DNA from: Thermoanaerobaculia bacterium
GTDB taxonomy: Bacteria > Acidobacteriota > Thermoanaerobaculia > Multivoradales > UBA5704
Length of the DNA: 64,000 nt
NCBI GenBank assembly: GCA_044226625.1
Contig: JBGAGQ010000010.1
Coordinates: forward strand, 1-64,000
Direction of reading: 5' to 3'
Shown here: piece by piece, positions 46,038 to 56,137 of the stretch
Layout: every line of letters begins with the position of its first letter
How positions within the stretch are numbered: the first letter of the stretch is position 1
Made by a program: the position numbers and the translations under genes
Notes under the pieces: generated by a model
The model's database searches: none
The model's input: only the letters and a program-made list of their open reading frames with translations
Told to the model about the DNA's origin: nothing

Positions 46038-48941
46038 ATGAAGAAGTTCTTTGCCGCTCTCCTCGTTCTCCTAGCAGTGGGCTTCGCCGGCTCGGCCGCG
46101 TTCGCCCAGCAGACCGGCTCGATCGAGGGCAAGGTCACCCTCGCCGACGGTTCGGCGGTCGCCGGGGTGGCCGTCGAGGCCCGCTCCGCGGTCCTGCCGC
46201 AGGCGCGCACGACGGTGACCAATGCCGCGGGCGAGTACCGACTGCCGCTCCTGCCGCCGGGCGATTACGAGATCACTTTCAAGCTCGGCGACCTGGCGCC
46301 CGCGAACGAGAAGGCCCTCGTGCTCCTCCAGCAGACGACGGTCAAGAACGTGACGCTGTCGCCCGAGGCCGTGACCGAGGCGATCGAAGTGGTCGCCGAA
46401 GGGTCGCCGACGGTCGACACCACCTCGTCCGAGCTCAAGACCGCGATCTCGAACGGGACGATCGACGCCCTGCCGGTCGGCCAGGACTATCGCGACCTGA
46501 TCAAGCTGATCCCCGGCGTCCAGTACACCGAGGACAACGTGCGCGGTCCGAGCGCGGGAGGCAGCGGCCAAGACAACGCTTACCAGTTCGACGGCGTCAA
46601 CGTCGCGCTGCCGCTGTTCGGAACCCTCTCCGCCGAGCCGTCTTCTTACGACATCGACCAGATCGCGATCGTCAAGGGGGGCGCGAACGCGGTCGATTTC
46701 AACCGCTCCGGCGGATTCACCATCAACTCGGTGAGCAAGTCGGGCACGAACAGCTACCACGGCCAGGCGAGCTATCAGGTCCAGCCGAAGAGCACCACCA
46801 GCTCGCGCGAGAACCAGGGGAACACCTCGGTCTTCGAAGACGACAAGGACTGGGCGACGCTCTCGGCCGGCGGACCGGTGGTCCGCGACCGGCTGTTCTT
46901 CTACGGCTCCTATTACCGGCCGACGGTGCAGCGGAACAACACCGCGAACGCATACGGCTCGGTACCCGATTTCAAGAGCACCCGCGACGAATACTTCGGC
47001 AAGCTGTCGTACACCCCGCTGCCGAACCTATCGCTCCATGGCAGCTACCGCGACTCGTCGCGCGAGAACGAGGTCACCTCGGTGGGCGCGTTCGCCGCCG
47101 CCTCGACGTCGCTCGGCGAAGAGGCGTCGCTCGGCATCGCGATCGCCGAAGGCTCCTGGATCGTGAACGACAAGAGCTTCGCGAGCTTCAAGTACACCGA
47201 TTTCTCGAACGAGACCTCGTCGCGGCCGGACGTCCGCTTCGGCTTCACCCCCGCCGCCGGTCAGCGGCTCGACATCGCGAACCTCGAGAAGCAGGGTCTC
47301 TTGAACGTGCCGCTGCCGATCGCCGGGCAGACGGCCTTCAACGCGTTCATCGCCCCGCTGATCCAGCGCTACGGTTTCGACCGCAACGGCGTTCGGCTGG
47401 GCGGCGGCCAGGTCGGTGGCGGCAGCACTGTGACCGCGAACGACTTCTTCCGCAAGAGCTATCAGGGCGGCTGGAACTTCCTGTTCGGCCAGAAGGTGAG
47501 TCACGAGATCCACCTCGGCTACAAGTACTCGAAGGACGAGGAGGATCTGCAGCGGACGAGCAACGGCTACGGCTCGATCAGCGTTCCCGGCGGGCGCACC
47601 TCGTTCAACGGCCGTCCGGTGTTCTTCGAGGCGGCGGTCGATCAGATGGGCCTTCCCGGCGGCGTGCCGCGCATCCACTCCGAGTTCGTCTCGCACAGCG
47701 TCGAGATCAACGACCAGATCCGGCTCGCCAACTGGACGTTCAACCTCGGCATCCTCGCGAGCAACGACATCTTCTACGGCCAGGGACTGCGGGAAACCTC
47801 GGGCAACCTCTCCGGTTTCGCGCTCGCGCCCGGCAACAAGTACAAGATGTACGACATCGGCTTCTCCGACATGATCCAGCCGCGTCTCGGCGCGACCTGG
47901 GCCTACAACGGACGCGACACGCTGTTCGTCAACTACGCCCGCTACAACCCACCGGCGAGCTCGCTGCCGCGTGCCGCCGCCTGGGATCGGAACCTCGCCC
48001 GCACCATCCGCTTCTTTTTCGCCGCGGACGGCAGCTACATCGGCAACGAGCCTCTCGCCTCGTCCTCGGGCAAGTTCTTCGACGACGACCTCGATCCGCG
48101 GCGGGTGGAGGAGTTCCTGATCGGCACCTCGCGCCAGCTCTCGGCCCATTGGGTGGGCCGGGCGCACGCCCGGTATCGCTACGCCAACAACTTCTGGGAA
48201 GACACCAACAACGACGCGCGGATCGCCTTCAACGCGCCGGCTGGCATCCCGCGCGAGCTGTACGTGCCGAACCTCTCCCAGGTGCAGCGCGAGATCGGCG
48301 GCTCGTCCTACGTGATCGCCGAGCTCGACGGCGCGTTCACCAAGTACTACGAGGCGAGCGTCGAGAGCGAGTACCGGGGTAAGAACACCTACCTGCGCGC
48401 CTCCTACGTCTGGAGCCATTACTACGGCAACTTCGACCAGGACAATACGACCACCGAGAACGACCAGTCGATCTTCATCGGTTCGTCCAACCTGGCCGAC
48501 GGCGCGGGACGCCAGCTTTGGAATCTGAAATACGGCAACCTGCGCGGCGACCGCCGCCACCAGCTGAAGCTCTACGGCTCCTACGACCTCGCCTGGAAGG
48601 CGACCGTCGGCGCGTACGCGATCTACCAGTCGGGCCAGCCGTGGGAGACCTGGGACGTCGAGGTCTACCGCGCGCTCACCACCAGCACGAGCGACGTGAA
48701 CCGGAACGCCGAACCGGCGGGCTCGCGCAACACCGACGCCCATTACCAAGTCGACCTGAACTACACCCAGAACTTCTCGTTCGGCCGCTACAACGTTCAG
48801 CTGCGCGCCGACCTGTTCAACGTCACGAACAACCAGACCGGGTACAACATCCAGAACCAGAAGCACTCGGCGGGCTTCGGCACGCCGCGTACCTTCTACG
48901 ATCCGAGGCGACTGCAGATCGGCGTGAAGTTCGAGTTCTAG
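46038..48941 (+). CDS. TonB-dependent receptor (Oar-like, carboxypeptidase-regulatory N-domain)
   Basis: Signal peptide, QQTGSIEGKV, plug NAYQFDGVN, VSKSGTN, C-terminal PRRLQIGVKFEF. Confidence 0.92.
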   Translation: MKKFFAALLVLLAVGFAGSAAFAQQTGSIEGKVTLADGSAVAGVAVEARSAVLPQARTTVTNAAGEYRLPLLPPGDYEITFKLGDLAPANEKALVLLQQTTVKNVTLSPEAVTEAIEVVAEGSPTVDTTSSELKTAISNGTIDALPVGQDYRDLIKLIPGVQYTEDNVRGPSAGGSGQDNAYQFDGVNVALPLFGTLSAEPSSYDIDQIAIVKGGANAVDFNRSGGFTINSVSKSGTNSYHGQASYQVQPKSTTSSRENQGNTSVFEDDKDWATLSAGGPVVRDRLFFYGSYYRPTVQRNNTANAYGSVPDFKSTRDEYFGKLSYTPLPNLSLHGSYRDSSRENEVTSVGAFAAASTSLGEEASLGIAIAEGSWIVNDKSFASFKYTDFSNETSSRPDVRFGFTPAAGQRLDIANLEKQGLLNVPLPIAGQTAFNAFIAPLIQRYGFDRNGVRLGGGQVGGGSTVTANDFFRKSYQGGWNFLFGQKVSHEIHLGYKYSKDEEDLQRTSNGYGSISVPGGRTSFNGRPVFFEAAVDQMGLPGGVPRIHSEFVSHSVEINDQIRLANWTFNLGILASNDIFYGQGLRETSGNLSGFALAPGNKYKMYDIGFSDMIQPRLGATWAYNGRDTLFVNYARYNPPASSLPRAAAWDRNLARTIRFFFAADGSYIGNEPLASSSGKFFDDDLDPRRVEEFLIGTSRQLSAHWVGRAHARYRYANNFWEDTNNDARIAFNAPAGIPRELYVPNLSQVQREIGGSSYVIAELDGAFTKYYEASVESEYRGKNTYLRASYVWSHYYGNFDQDNTTTENDQSIFIGSSNLADGAGRQLWNLKYGNLRGDRRHQLKLYGSYDLAWKATVGAYAIYQSGQPWETWDVEVYRALTTSTSDVNRNAEPAGSRNTDAHYQVDLNYTQNFSFGRYNVQLRADLFNVTNNQTGYNIQNQKHSAGFGTPRTFYDPRRLQIGVKFEF

Positions 48942-48968
48942 CGGTTCGCCTGGCGGTTCGATCTGCGG

Positions 48969-48996
48969 CGCCCCGGCCTTGCGGCCGGGGCGTTTT
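48969..48996 (+). terminator. Intrinsic terminator after the TBDR gene
   Basis: CGCCCCGGCC-TTGC-GGCCGGGGCG-TTTT. Confidence 0.8.
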
Positions 48997-49077
48997 CGCG
49001 TTTGGGGCGCTTCTCTCGAATCACCGTCTGCCGCGATCGCAGCCCCGCAATCAACCCGCGGGACCAACCCGCCGTGA

Positions 49078-50658
49078 TCAGGTCGCCGGAACCATCCTGC
49101 CGACCGCCGGCGGCGCGATCGTTTTCGCCGCGCGGACGTGGTCCATGACGACGTCGCTCACCAGGGCGTCGCGCCCCGTCTCCTTGCCGCGCAGGAAGGC
49201 GCCGTAGAGATCGCCCCCTTCGGCGAGGAAGCTGTTCGTCGCCACCCGATAGGTCCGCTCGAGGTCGAGCGGGCGGCCGCCCACCTCCACCGGTCCCAAC
49301 CGTTGGCCGGCCGGCGCTTTCGGGTCGTAATGGGCTCGTACGCCGGAGATCTGAACCATGCCGCGTTCGAGCGTGCAACCCTGCTCGAGGATTTCGCGCA
49401 GCTCGTGGCCGCGAAGCTCCAGGGCGACAGCGGCGTTCACGAACGGCAGGGCGTCGAGGACGTGCGAGCGGTCGATCGATCCGACCGGCAGGTCGGCCCG
49501 CAGGCCGCCGGCGTTGGTGATCCCGACCTCACACTCCATGCGCTCGCGCAGCACGTCGGCGACGAAGTTTCCGAGCGGGGACTCGTGATGGTAACGGCGC
49601 ACGAAACGCTCGGTCGCCCGGCCGAACGCCGGTCCGATCTCGGGTGCCACCACCCGGCGGTAGTGCTGGATCCGGTCCGCCACCCGCGGGTGCGCTGGCA
49701 GCTCGTCGCTCCGCACCTCGAGCAGCGAGCCGCGATGCCCGACGACCTTGCGGTCCGCGATCGACAGGTCGAGCACGCCGAGCCGGGTTCCGTAGCCGTA
49801 GGTTTGGACCAGAAGCGTGCCGCTCTCGGGATGGACCAGCGGCTGCTCCAATCCGCGATGCGAGTGGGCCGCGACGTAAACGTCCACCCCTCGGACCGCG
49901 CCGCAGAACCGAAGATCCGCGTCGATCGACCGCTGGACCTCCGGATCGTTTTCGGCGTCGGTCTGCATCGGCCCGGTGAGTCCCTGATGGCCGAGGACGA
50001 CGACGAGATCCACGGTGTCCCGCACCAAGTCGACGCAGGCGCGGGTCTCGGCGGCCGGATCGGTGAACTCGAGCTCCGCCACCTTGGACGGCAGCACGAC
50101 GCTTCGCGCGTCGAGGCCGATCACGCCGATCACCGCGAGCCGCGTGCCGTTACGTTCGATCAGCGTGTAAGGCCGGCAGAAGCGGTGCCCCGAGTCCTTG
50201 TAGCGGATGTTGCAGCAGACGATCGGGAACGGCACCCGGTTGGCCTGCGTGTCGAAGATCTGCCAGCCGTAATCGAACTCGTGGTTGCCGACCCCCATTG
50301 CGTCGTAGCGCATCAGGCTCATCAGCTCCATGAGCGCCTCGCCGCGGGTGAGGAAGGAGAGGGTGCCGGTGAACATGTCGCCCGAGTCGAGCAGAAACGA
50401 GGTCCCCGCCGCCGCGCGCTGTTGCTCGACCAGGGTCGCGAGGTGGGCTGCCCCTCCCAGGTGCGGCGAGCCCGCGCGCCAGTAGGCGGGGATCGGCTCG
50501 AACGCGCTGTGGAAGTCGTTGGTGTAGAGGAGGCGGATCGAATGCGCGCCCCCGCCGAGCTTGCCGACGTCCGCCCGGAGCTCGCCGAGCGCCGCGTACA
50601 TGCCGAACGGCGCGAGCCCGGCCATTTTCAGGAACCGCCTGCGATCGAAGGTCGCCAT
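49078..50658 (-). CDS. Bifunctional UDP-sugar hydrolase/5'-nucleotidase family, Tat signal
   Basis: DRRRFLK, TNDFH, DSGD, GNHEFDYG, AAHSH, NAGGLRA, FLAEGGD. Confidence 0.92.
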   Translation of the reverse strand: MATFDRRRFLKMAGLAPFGMYAALGELRADVGKLGGGAHSIRLLYTNDFHSAFEPIPAYWRAGSPHLGGAAHLATLVEQQRAAAGTSFLLDSGDMFTGTLSFLTRGEALMELMSLMRYDAMGVGNHEFDYGWQIFDTQANRVPFPIVCCNIRYKDSGHRFCRPYTLIERNGTRLAVIGVIGLDARSVVLPSKVAELEFTDPAAETRACVDLVRDTVDLVVVLGHQGLTGPMQTDAENDPEVQRSIDADLRFCGAVRGVDVYVAAHSHRGLEQPLVHPESGTLLVQTYGYGTRLGVLDLSIADRKVVGHRGSLLEVRSDELPAHPRVADRIQHYRRVVAPEIGPAFGRATERFVRRYHHESPLGNFVADVLRERMECEVGITNAGGLRADLPVGSIDRSHVLDALPFVNAAVALELRGHELREILEQGCTLERGMVQISGVRAHYDPKAPAGQRLGPVEVGGRPLDLERTYRVATNSFLAEGGDLYGAFLRGKETGRDALVSDVVMDHVRAAKTIAPPAVGRMVPAT

Positions 50659-50794
50659 CCGGACATCTCCTCGGGACGAAAGTGGGGGAGGGTGCGCCGA
50701 GATCATAGGCCGGTCGAGGCGCCTGGAACAGATCGCCGATTCGCTTTGTTCAGCTATGAAGCACGTCGTTTTACCGCACCCGAGGAGGTTCCCG

Positions 50795-51694
50795 ATGTCC
50801 ATTCGACCCGTCAAGCAGCTCTCCCACGCCACCCCGACTCTCGAAGGGGCGGGCGTCCATCTCCGCCGCGCGTTTGGCTTCGGCAACACCGATGCGACCG
50901 ATCCGTTCCTGCTGTTCGACGACTTCCGCAATGAGCGGCCGGCCGACTACCGCGCGGGCTTCCCCTGGCATCCGCACCGGGGGATCGAGACGATCACCTA
51001 TGTGCTCGCCGGAAGCGTCGACCATCAGGATTCTCTCGGCAACGCCGGCTCGCTCGGCGCGGGCGACGTGCAGTGGATGACCGCCGGCCGCGGCATCCTC
51101 CATCAGGAGATGCCGCAGGGGGACATCGGCGGGCGGATGCACGGCTTCCAGCTTTGGGCGAACCTGCCGTCGTCGCTCAAGATGACCGCGCCGCGCTATC
51201 AGGACGTGACGTCGAAGGACATCCCGGAGGTCACCGACGACGACGGCACGAAGGTCCGCGTCGTCTGCGGCGAGTTCTGGGGGGTCTCCGGCCCGGTCGA
51301 CGGCATCGCGGCCGACCCGCGCTATCTGGACGTTTGGGTTCCCCCTGGCCGGAAGAAGACGCTGCCGGTCGAGACGACCTGCCACGCCTTCGCCTATGTG
51401 TTCGACGGGACGGGGAAGTTCTTGAACGCCTCGGATCCGCTGCCCGTGGCGACGGAGGACCTCGAAAGCGGCGAGATCACCCGGAGCACGGACGTCGCGA
51501 ACCGCAACCTAGTGCTGTTCGACCGCGGCGACGAGGTTGTGGTCCAAGCGGGCGAGGGGGGCCTTCGGTTCCTCCTCGTCTCCGGGAAACCCCTGGGTGA
51601 ACCGATCGCCTGGCATGGCCCGATCGTCATGAACACGCAGGCGGAGATCCAGCGCGCGCTCTCCGATCTGCGCAACGGGACTTTCTTGGGTTGA
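50795..51694 (+). CDS. Pirin-family protein
   Basis: DPFLLFDDF, GFPWHPHRGIETITY, QWMTAGRGILHQE, GPIVMNT; GAGGAGG RBS. Confidence 0.95.
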   Translation: MSIRPVKQLSHATPTLEGAGVHLRRAFGFGNTDATDPFLLFDDFRNERPADYRAGFPWHPHRGIETITYVLAGSVDHQDSLGNAGSLGAGDVQWMTAGRGILHQEMPQGDIGGRMHGFQLWANLPSSLKMTAPRYQDVTSKDIPEVTDDDGTKVRVVCGEFWGVSGPVDGIAADPRYLDVWVPPGRKKTLPVETTCHAFAYVFDGTGKFLNASDPLPVATEDLESGEITRSTDVANRNLVLFDRGDEVVVQAGEGGLRFLLVSGKPLGEPIAWHGPIVMNTQAEIQRALSDLRNGTFLG

Positions 51695-51794
51695 GCCCCC
51701 CGTAAGGGGAGGCCCTTTTCTCCCGGCTCTCACCCCGGGGGGCGGGGGAAGGCCCGAGGCGGAGCGCTACGATCGCCCGCGAGGGTCTTCCCCC

Positions 51795-53843
51795 ATGGGC
51801 GAGAAGGACGTCTCCTTCGAGCAGGATCCAGAAGAGGCGCAGCGGTTCCTGCGCGCTCTCCTGTCGGACCTCACGGCGCTCGAAGCGCTGCTCGAAGCCG
51901 ATCTCATCGAAAGCGGCAAGTGCCGGATCGGCGCCGAGCAGGAAATGTTCCTGATCGATCGCGAGCTCCGGCCGGCGCCCGTCGCGGTCGAGCTGCTCGC
52001 CCGGGCGAACGAGCCTCGGCTGACGCACGAGATCGGCCGCTTCAACCTCGAAGCGAATCTTCAGGCCCGGCTCTTTGGCGAGCGTTGCCTCTCCGACATG
52101 GAAGCCGAGCTGCACGAGGTGATCGGCACCGCCCGGACGGCCGCCGCCGAGGTCGGTGCGGACGTCGTCCTCTGCGGCATCCTGCCGACCCTTCGTCTCT
52201 CCGATCTGACGCTTGCGAACCTGACCCCCAACCCGCGCTACGCCGAGCTCGACCGGGTGCTCATGGCGCGGCGCGGCGGGCGCTTCGACCTGCTGATCAA
52301 GGGGATCGACGAGCTGCGGGTGAGCCACGACAACCTGATGCTCGAGGCGGCGTGCACCAGCTTTCAGGTCCATTTCCAGGTCGGGGCGCGCGAGTTCGCC
52401 CATCTGTACAACGTCGCCCAGGCGGCGACCGCGCCGGTGCTCGCGGCGGCCACGAACTCGCCGCTGCTCCTCTCCTCGCGCCTCTGGCAGGAGACCCGGA
52501 TCGCCCTGTTCCAACACTCCGTCGACGACCGGTCGAGCGCGCACCAGCAGCGCGGCACGCCTACCCGCGTGAGCTTCGGTCAGGGGTGGCTCCACGACTC
52601 CGTGCTCGAGTATTTCCGCGAGGAGATCGCCCGGTATCGCACCATCCTCACCCGGCGGATCGACGATGATTCGCTGGCCGCGATCGCCCGCGGCGAGCTG
52701 CCGCAGCTCGCCGCGCTGCGCCTCCACAACGGCACGGTCTGGCGCTGGAACCGTCCCTGCTACGGCCTCCACGAGGGGCGCGCCCACCTGCGAATCGAGA
52801 TGCGGGCGCTTCCCGCCGGTCCCACGGTCGCCGACGAGATGGCGAACGCCGCGTTCTTCTTCGGCCTCCTGGTCGCGATGCCCGAAGAGTACGGCCCGAT
52901 CGACCGCGCGATGCCGTTCGACGCGGCGCGGGAGAATTTCCTGGCCGCCGCCCGGCAGGGGCTGCGCGCGCAGTTCGACTGGCTCGGCGGCAAGAGCATC
53001 CCCGCGGCGGCGCTGATCCTCGACCATCTCCTGCCGCTCGCCCGCGCCGGCCTCGCGTCCACGGTCTCGCTCGACGACGCCAGCCGCCTGCTCGATCTGC
53101 TCGAAGAGCGCGTCCGCAAGGAGCAGACCGGCTCGCTCTGGGCGCTGCGCTCGCTCGCCGGGATGGCCGATCGAGGAACGCCCGAACAGCGCCACCGCGC
53201 CCTGGTCGCCGCGATGCTCGCCGAACAGAAAGCCGACCGCCCGGTGGCGGAGTGGCCGCTCGCCTCGGTCTCCGCGGCGGACCGCCGCTCCGGTTACCGC
53301 CAGGTCGAGCAGTACATGACCACCGATCTCTTCACCGTCCGTCCGGACGATCTCGTCGACCTCGCGGCGAGCGTGATGACCTGGCGCCACATCCGCCACG
53401 TGCCGGTCGAGGACGACGAGGGGTGCCTGGTCGGTCTGGTCTCCCACCGCGACCTGCTGCGCCTGTTCGCCGCCCGAGGATTCTCCGGCACGAAAGCGCC
53501 CGTGGTGGTGCGCGAGATCATGAAAGCGCAGCCGGTCACCGTGGAGCCCGAGACGGCGACGCTCGACGCCGTCCGCCTGATGCGCGAGCGGAAAGTCGGC
53601 TGCCTGCCGGTCGTCCGCGCCGGCCGCCTGGTCGGCATCGTGACCGCGCAGGATTTCCTCGCGCTCTCGGCCGATCTGTTCGAGGAGCACCTCCGCGGCG
53701 AATCGCCGGCCGCATTGCTCGGGGCGAGCCCTGCCGCGAGCGCACCTGAATCGGCCGCGAGCCCAGCGGACCGGGCTGCGAAACCTGCCGAGTCGGTCTT
53801 CGGGGAAGCCCTCGGCGGCGACGCCGCCGCGACTGCGGGCTGA
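51795..53843 (+). CDS. Glutamate--cysteine ligase family 2 (GCS2) protein with a C-terminal CBS pair
   Basis: IGAEQEMFL, EAACTSFQVH, NGTVWRWNRPCY, HLRIEMR; CBS MTTDLFTV...HVPV. Confidence 0.88.
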   Translation: MGEKDVSFEQDPEEAQRFLRALLSDLTALEALLEADLIESGKCRIGAEQEMFLIDRELRPAPVAVELLARANEPRLTHEIGRFNLEANLQARLFGERCLSDMEAELHEVIGTARTAAAEVGADVVLCGILPTLRLSDLTLANLTPNPRYAELDRVLMARRGGRFDLLIKGIDELRVSHDNLMLEAACTSFQVHFQVGAREFAHLYNVAQAATAPVLAAATNSPLLLSSRLWQETRIALFQHSVDDRSSAHQQRGTPTRVSFGQGWLHDSVLEYFREEIARYRTILTRRIDDDSLAAIARGELPQLAALRLHNGTVWRWNRPCYGLHEGRAHLRIEMRALPAGPTVADEMANAAFFFGLLVAMPEEYGPIDRAMPFDAARENFLAAARQGLRAQFDWLGGKSIPAAALILDHLLPLARAGLASTVSLDDASRLLDLLEERVRKEQTGSLWALRSLAGMADRGTPEQRHRALVAAMLAEQKADRPVAEWPLASVSAADRRSGYRQVEQYMTTDLFTVRPDDLVDLAASVMTWRHIRHVPVEDDEGCLVGLVSHRDLLRLFAARGFSGTKAPVVVREIMKAQPVTVEPETATLDAVRLMRERKVGCLPVVRAGRLVGIVTAQDFLALSADLFEEHLRGESPAALLGASPAASAPESAASPADRAAKPAESVFGEALGGDAAATAG

Positions 53844-53871
53844 GACTGCGCCCCAAGCCTCGACCTGGCGG

Positions 53872-54657
53872 TCAGGCCCGACTTTCCAGCCACCGGCCGA
53901 GCGCCGGGACCTGCTCCGCGGCGGGTCCGATCAGGCGTAGGTCCGCGAGATCGGAGAGCGGGGTCTCTTCGACGTTCACCTCGACCACCAATGCCCCGGC
54001 CCGGGCTGCGATTTCGATTAGGCCGGCGGCCGGATAGACCGTCGCCGAGGTTCCGATCGCGACGAACAGATCGGCCGAGCGCGCGGCGTCCGCCGCGGCT
54101 TCGAACACCCCGACCGGCAGCTGCTCGCCAAACCAGACGACGCCCGGCCGCATGCGCCCTCCACACGACGGGCAGCCCGGCGGCCGCTCGGCCGACCGAG
54201 CCACCGCGTCGGCCATCGGCTCGCGCCGGCTGCAGACGGAGCAGCGGGCGAAGGCGAGAGAGCCGTGCAGCTCCGAGACGTTCGAGCTGCCGGCCGCGAG
54301 GTGGAGCCCGTCGACGTTCTGGGTGACCACGTGGAGCGACGTGAAGCGGCTCTCCCAGCGGCCGATCTCCCGATGGGCGGGATTCGGCGCCGCGGCGGCC
54401 ACCTGCTGCCACCGCCAGGCGTACCAACGCCAGACCGTCTCGGGATCGCGGGCGAACGCCTGTGGCGTCGCGAGCTCCTCGGGCCGCATCCGCTCCCAGA
54501 GCCCGCCGGGGCCACGGAAGGTGTCGAGTCCGCTCTCCTTGGAGAGACCGGCGCCGGAAAACACCACGGCCCGTCGCGCCGCGCGTGCCCGCTCGGCTAG
54601 GCGCCCTTCGGTCGGGAGATCGAGCCCCACCCTGCTTTCGATACGTTCTCTGGCCAC
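53872..54657 (-). CDS. cobB: NAD-dependent deacylase (sirtuin)
   Basis: SGAGLSKESGLDTFRG, TQNVDGLH, ELHGS, two CxxC, RPGVVWFGE, GTSATVYPAAG. Confidence 0.95.
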   Translation of the reverse strand: MARERIESRVGLDLPTEGRLAERARAARRAVVFSGAGLSKESGLDTFRGPGGLWERMRPEELATPQAFARDPETVWRWYAWRWQQVAAAAPNPAHREIGRWESRFTSLHVVTQNVDGLHLAAGSSNVSELHGSLAFARCSVCSRREPMADAVARSAERPPGCPSCGGRMRPGVVWFGEQLPVGVFEAAADAARSADLFVAIGTSATVYPAAGLIEIAARAGALVVEVNVEETPLSDLADLRLIGPAAEQVPALGRWLESRA

Positions 54658-54674
54658 CGGGGTCTCCTCGAAGC

Positions 54675-55844
54675 TCAGCCTCGCCGCGGATCGGCCGGAC
54701 GACGCCGCCGCTCGACGAGCAACTGCTGCCCGTCGTGCGATTCCTTGCGGAAGCCGAGCAGATGGCAGACATCGAGCGCGAACGCGCGGGCGACGCGGGT
54801 ATCGAGGCGCAGCGCGTCGTTCCGGCCGGGGACCCTCCGGACGCCCGGGAGGATCGGCAGGAGGCGATCGACCTGGAGCGCGCGCAGGGCGGAGGAGACC
54901 CCGAGCCAGAACGGCGCCACGCGGCGGACCAGAAAATAGCCGTCGTCGCCCAGCTTCTGGTAGAGGGGCATGAACAGATAGCCCCCTTCCTCCGCGCGCA
55001 CGTCGCCGCTCCGGTCGTGGGCGACGACCGCCCCTTTCTGGATCGGAAAGAAGTTTTTGAACCCCGGGTTCATCGCGAAGTCGTCCTCCGGCCGGATCGC
55101 GTGCCGATGCCGGAGCTCGAGCGTCGCGGGAAGCCCGCGCGTCGCCTGGTCGAGCAGCGCGCGCCGCCCCGACAGATTTGCGATCCGCTCGGCGTCCGCC
55201 TCGGAAAGCAGCCCCGAGGCCACCATCGTAAGCCAGAGCGCGGCGAGATGCCGCTCTTCCGACTCGGGCGCCTCGTGCTGTCCAGCCTCGAAGCCGATCG
55301 CCACGTGCCCCTCGCGGTTCACCCAGTTGAGCAGCGTCCCTTCCAGGCTCTCCTCGAGCCCGAGCAGGATCGGCACCCCGAGCGTCTGGGCGATCCTCCG
55401 GTTCACCCGCGAGTCCGAGACGATCGCAAACGGCGCGCTGTCCGAGGAGGTGGTATGAAGATCGAGGAACACGGCCGCCCCCGTGCGCGCGGCGAGCGCA
55501 TCCTCGATCGCGCCGGTGAGCTCGACCAGCTCGCGATCCTCCCCTTGAAGCTCCGCCGGGTTCCTCGTCGAGAGCTCCTCCATCCGCTCAGGCCGCCAAG
55601 CCCGATTCAGATCGCGATCGAGAAACCGCTCCCCTCGGTTGAGTGCCGCGAGATTGCCTGAAAGCCCGAGCACCCGCCCGCGGATGGTCGGGGCGTGGCG
55701 TTCGAGATCCGCGAAAAACCGCACGATCGCGCGCGCCCCCGAAGGCTCGTTGCCATGGATCGCCCCAGTCGCGACAAGCAGCGGGCCGGGTACTCCGGAA
55801 GAGTACGAACCGAGGACGCGGGGGAAGGGTGAGGGAACGGGCAT
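54675..55844 (-). CDS. Succinylglutamate desuccinylase/aspartoacylase (M14) family protein
   Basis: IHGNEPSG, RFLDRDLNRAW, LDLHTTS, FEAGQH. Confidence 0.9.
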   Translation of the reverse strand: MPVPSPFPRVLGSYSSGVPGPLLVATGAIHGNEPSGARAIVRFFADLERHAPTIRGRVLGLSGNLAALNRGERFLDRDLNRAWRPERMEELSTRNPAELQGEDRELVELTGAIEDALAARTGAAVFLDLHTTSSDSAPFAIVSDSRVNRRIAQTLGVPILLGLEESLEGTLLNWVNREGHVAIGFEAGQHEAPESEERHLAALWLTMVASGLLSEADAERIANLSGRRALLDQATRGLPATLELRHRHAIRPEDDFAMNPGFKNFFPIQKGAVVAHDRSGDVRAEEGGYLFMPLYQKLGDDGYFLVRRVAPFWLGVSSALRALQVDRLLPILPGVRRVPGRNDALRLDTRVARAFALDVCHLLGFRKESHDGQQLLVERRRRPADPRRG

Positions 55845-56137
55845 CGCGACCACCTGTCGAATCGAAGGGAAATCGGGAAAATGGGACCGTGGGGCACCGC
55901 GGCGCGTTCCGAGTGAACCGCTATCTCCGGCCCGCCGGTACCTCGGTAAAACTATAAGGCCCTGCCAGCTCGGAGGAACCGGCCGAGCGGGTGGTTCGGC
56001 CAGCGCAGCCATGCGCAGCTCCAGGGTCCACCCTCGCGCAACCCCAAGGCCGCCCTTGGCGTACCATGTCTTCAAATCGCTCCGTCGTTCCGCCCGGCTC
56101 GCCTCGCTGGGCCCTTCCTGCTTGAAGGAGACGCCGC

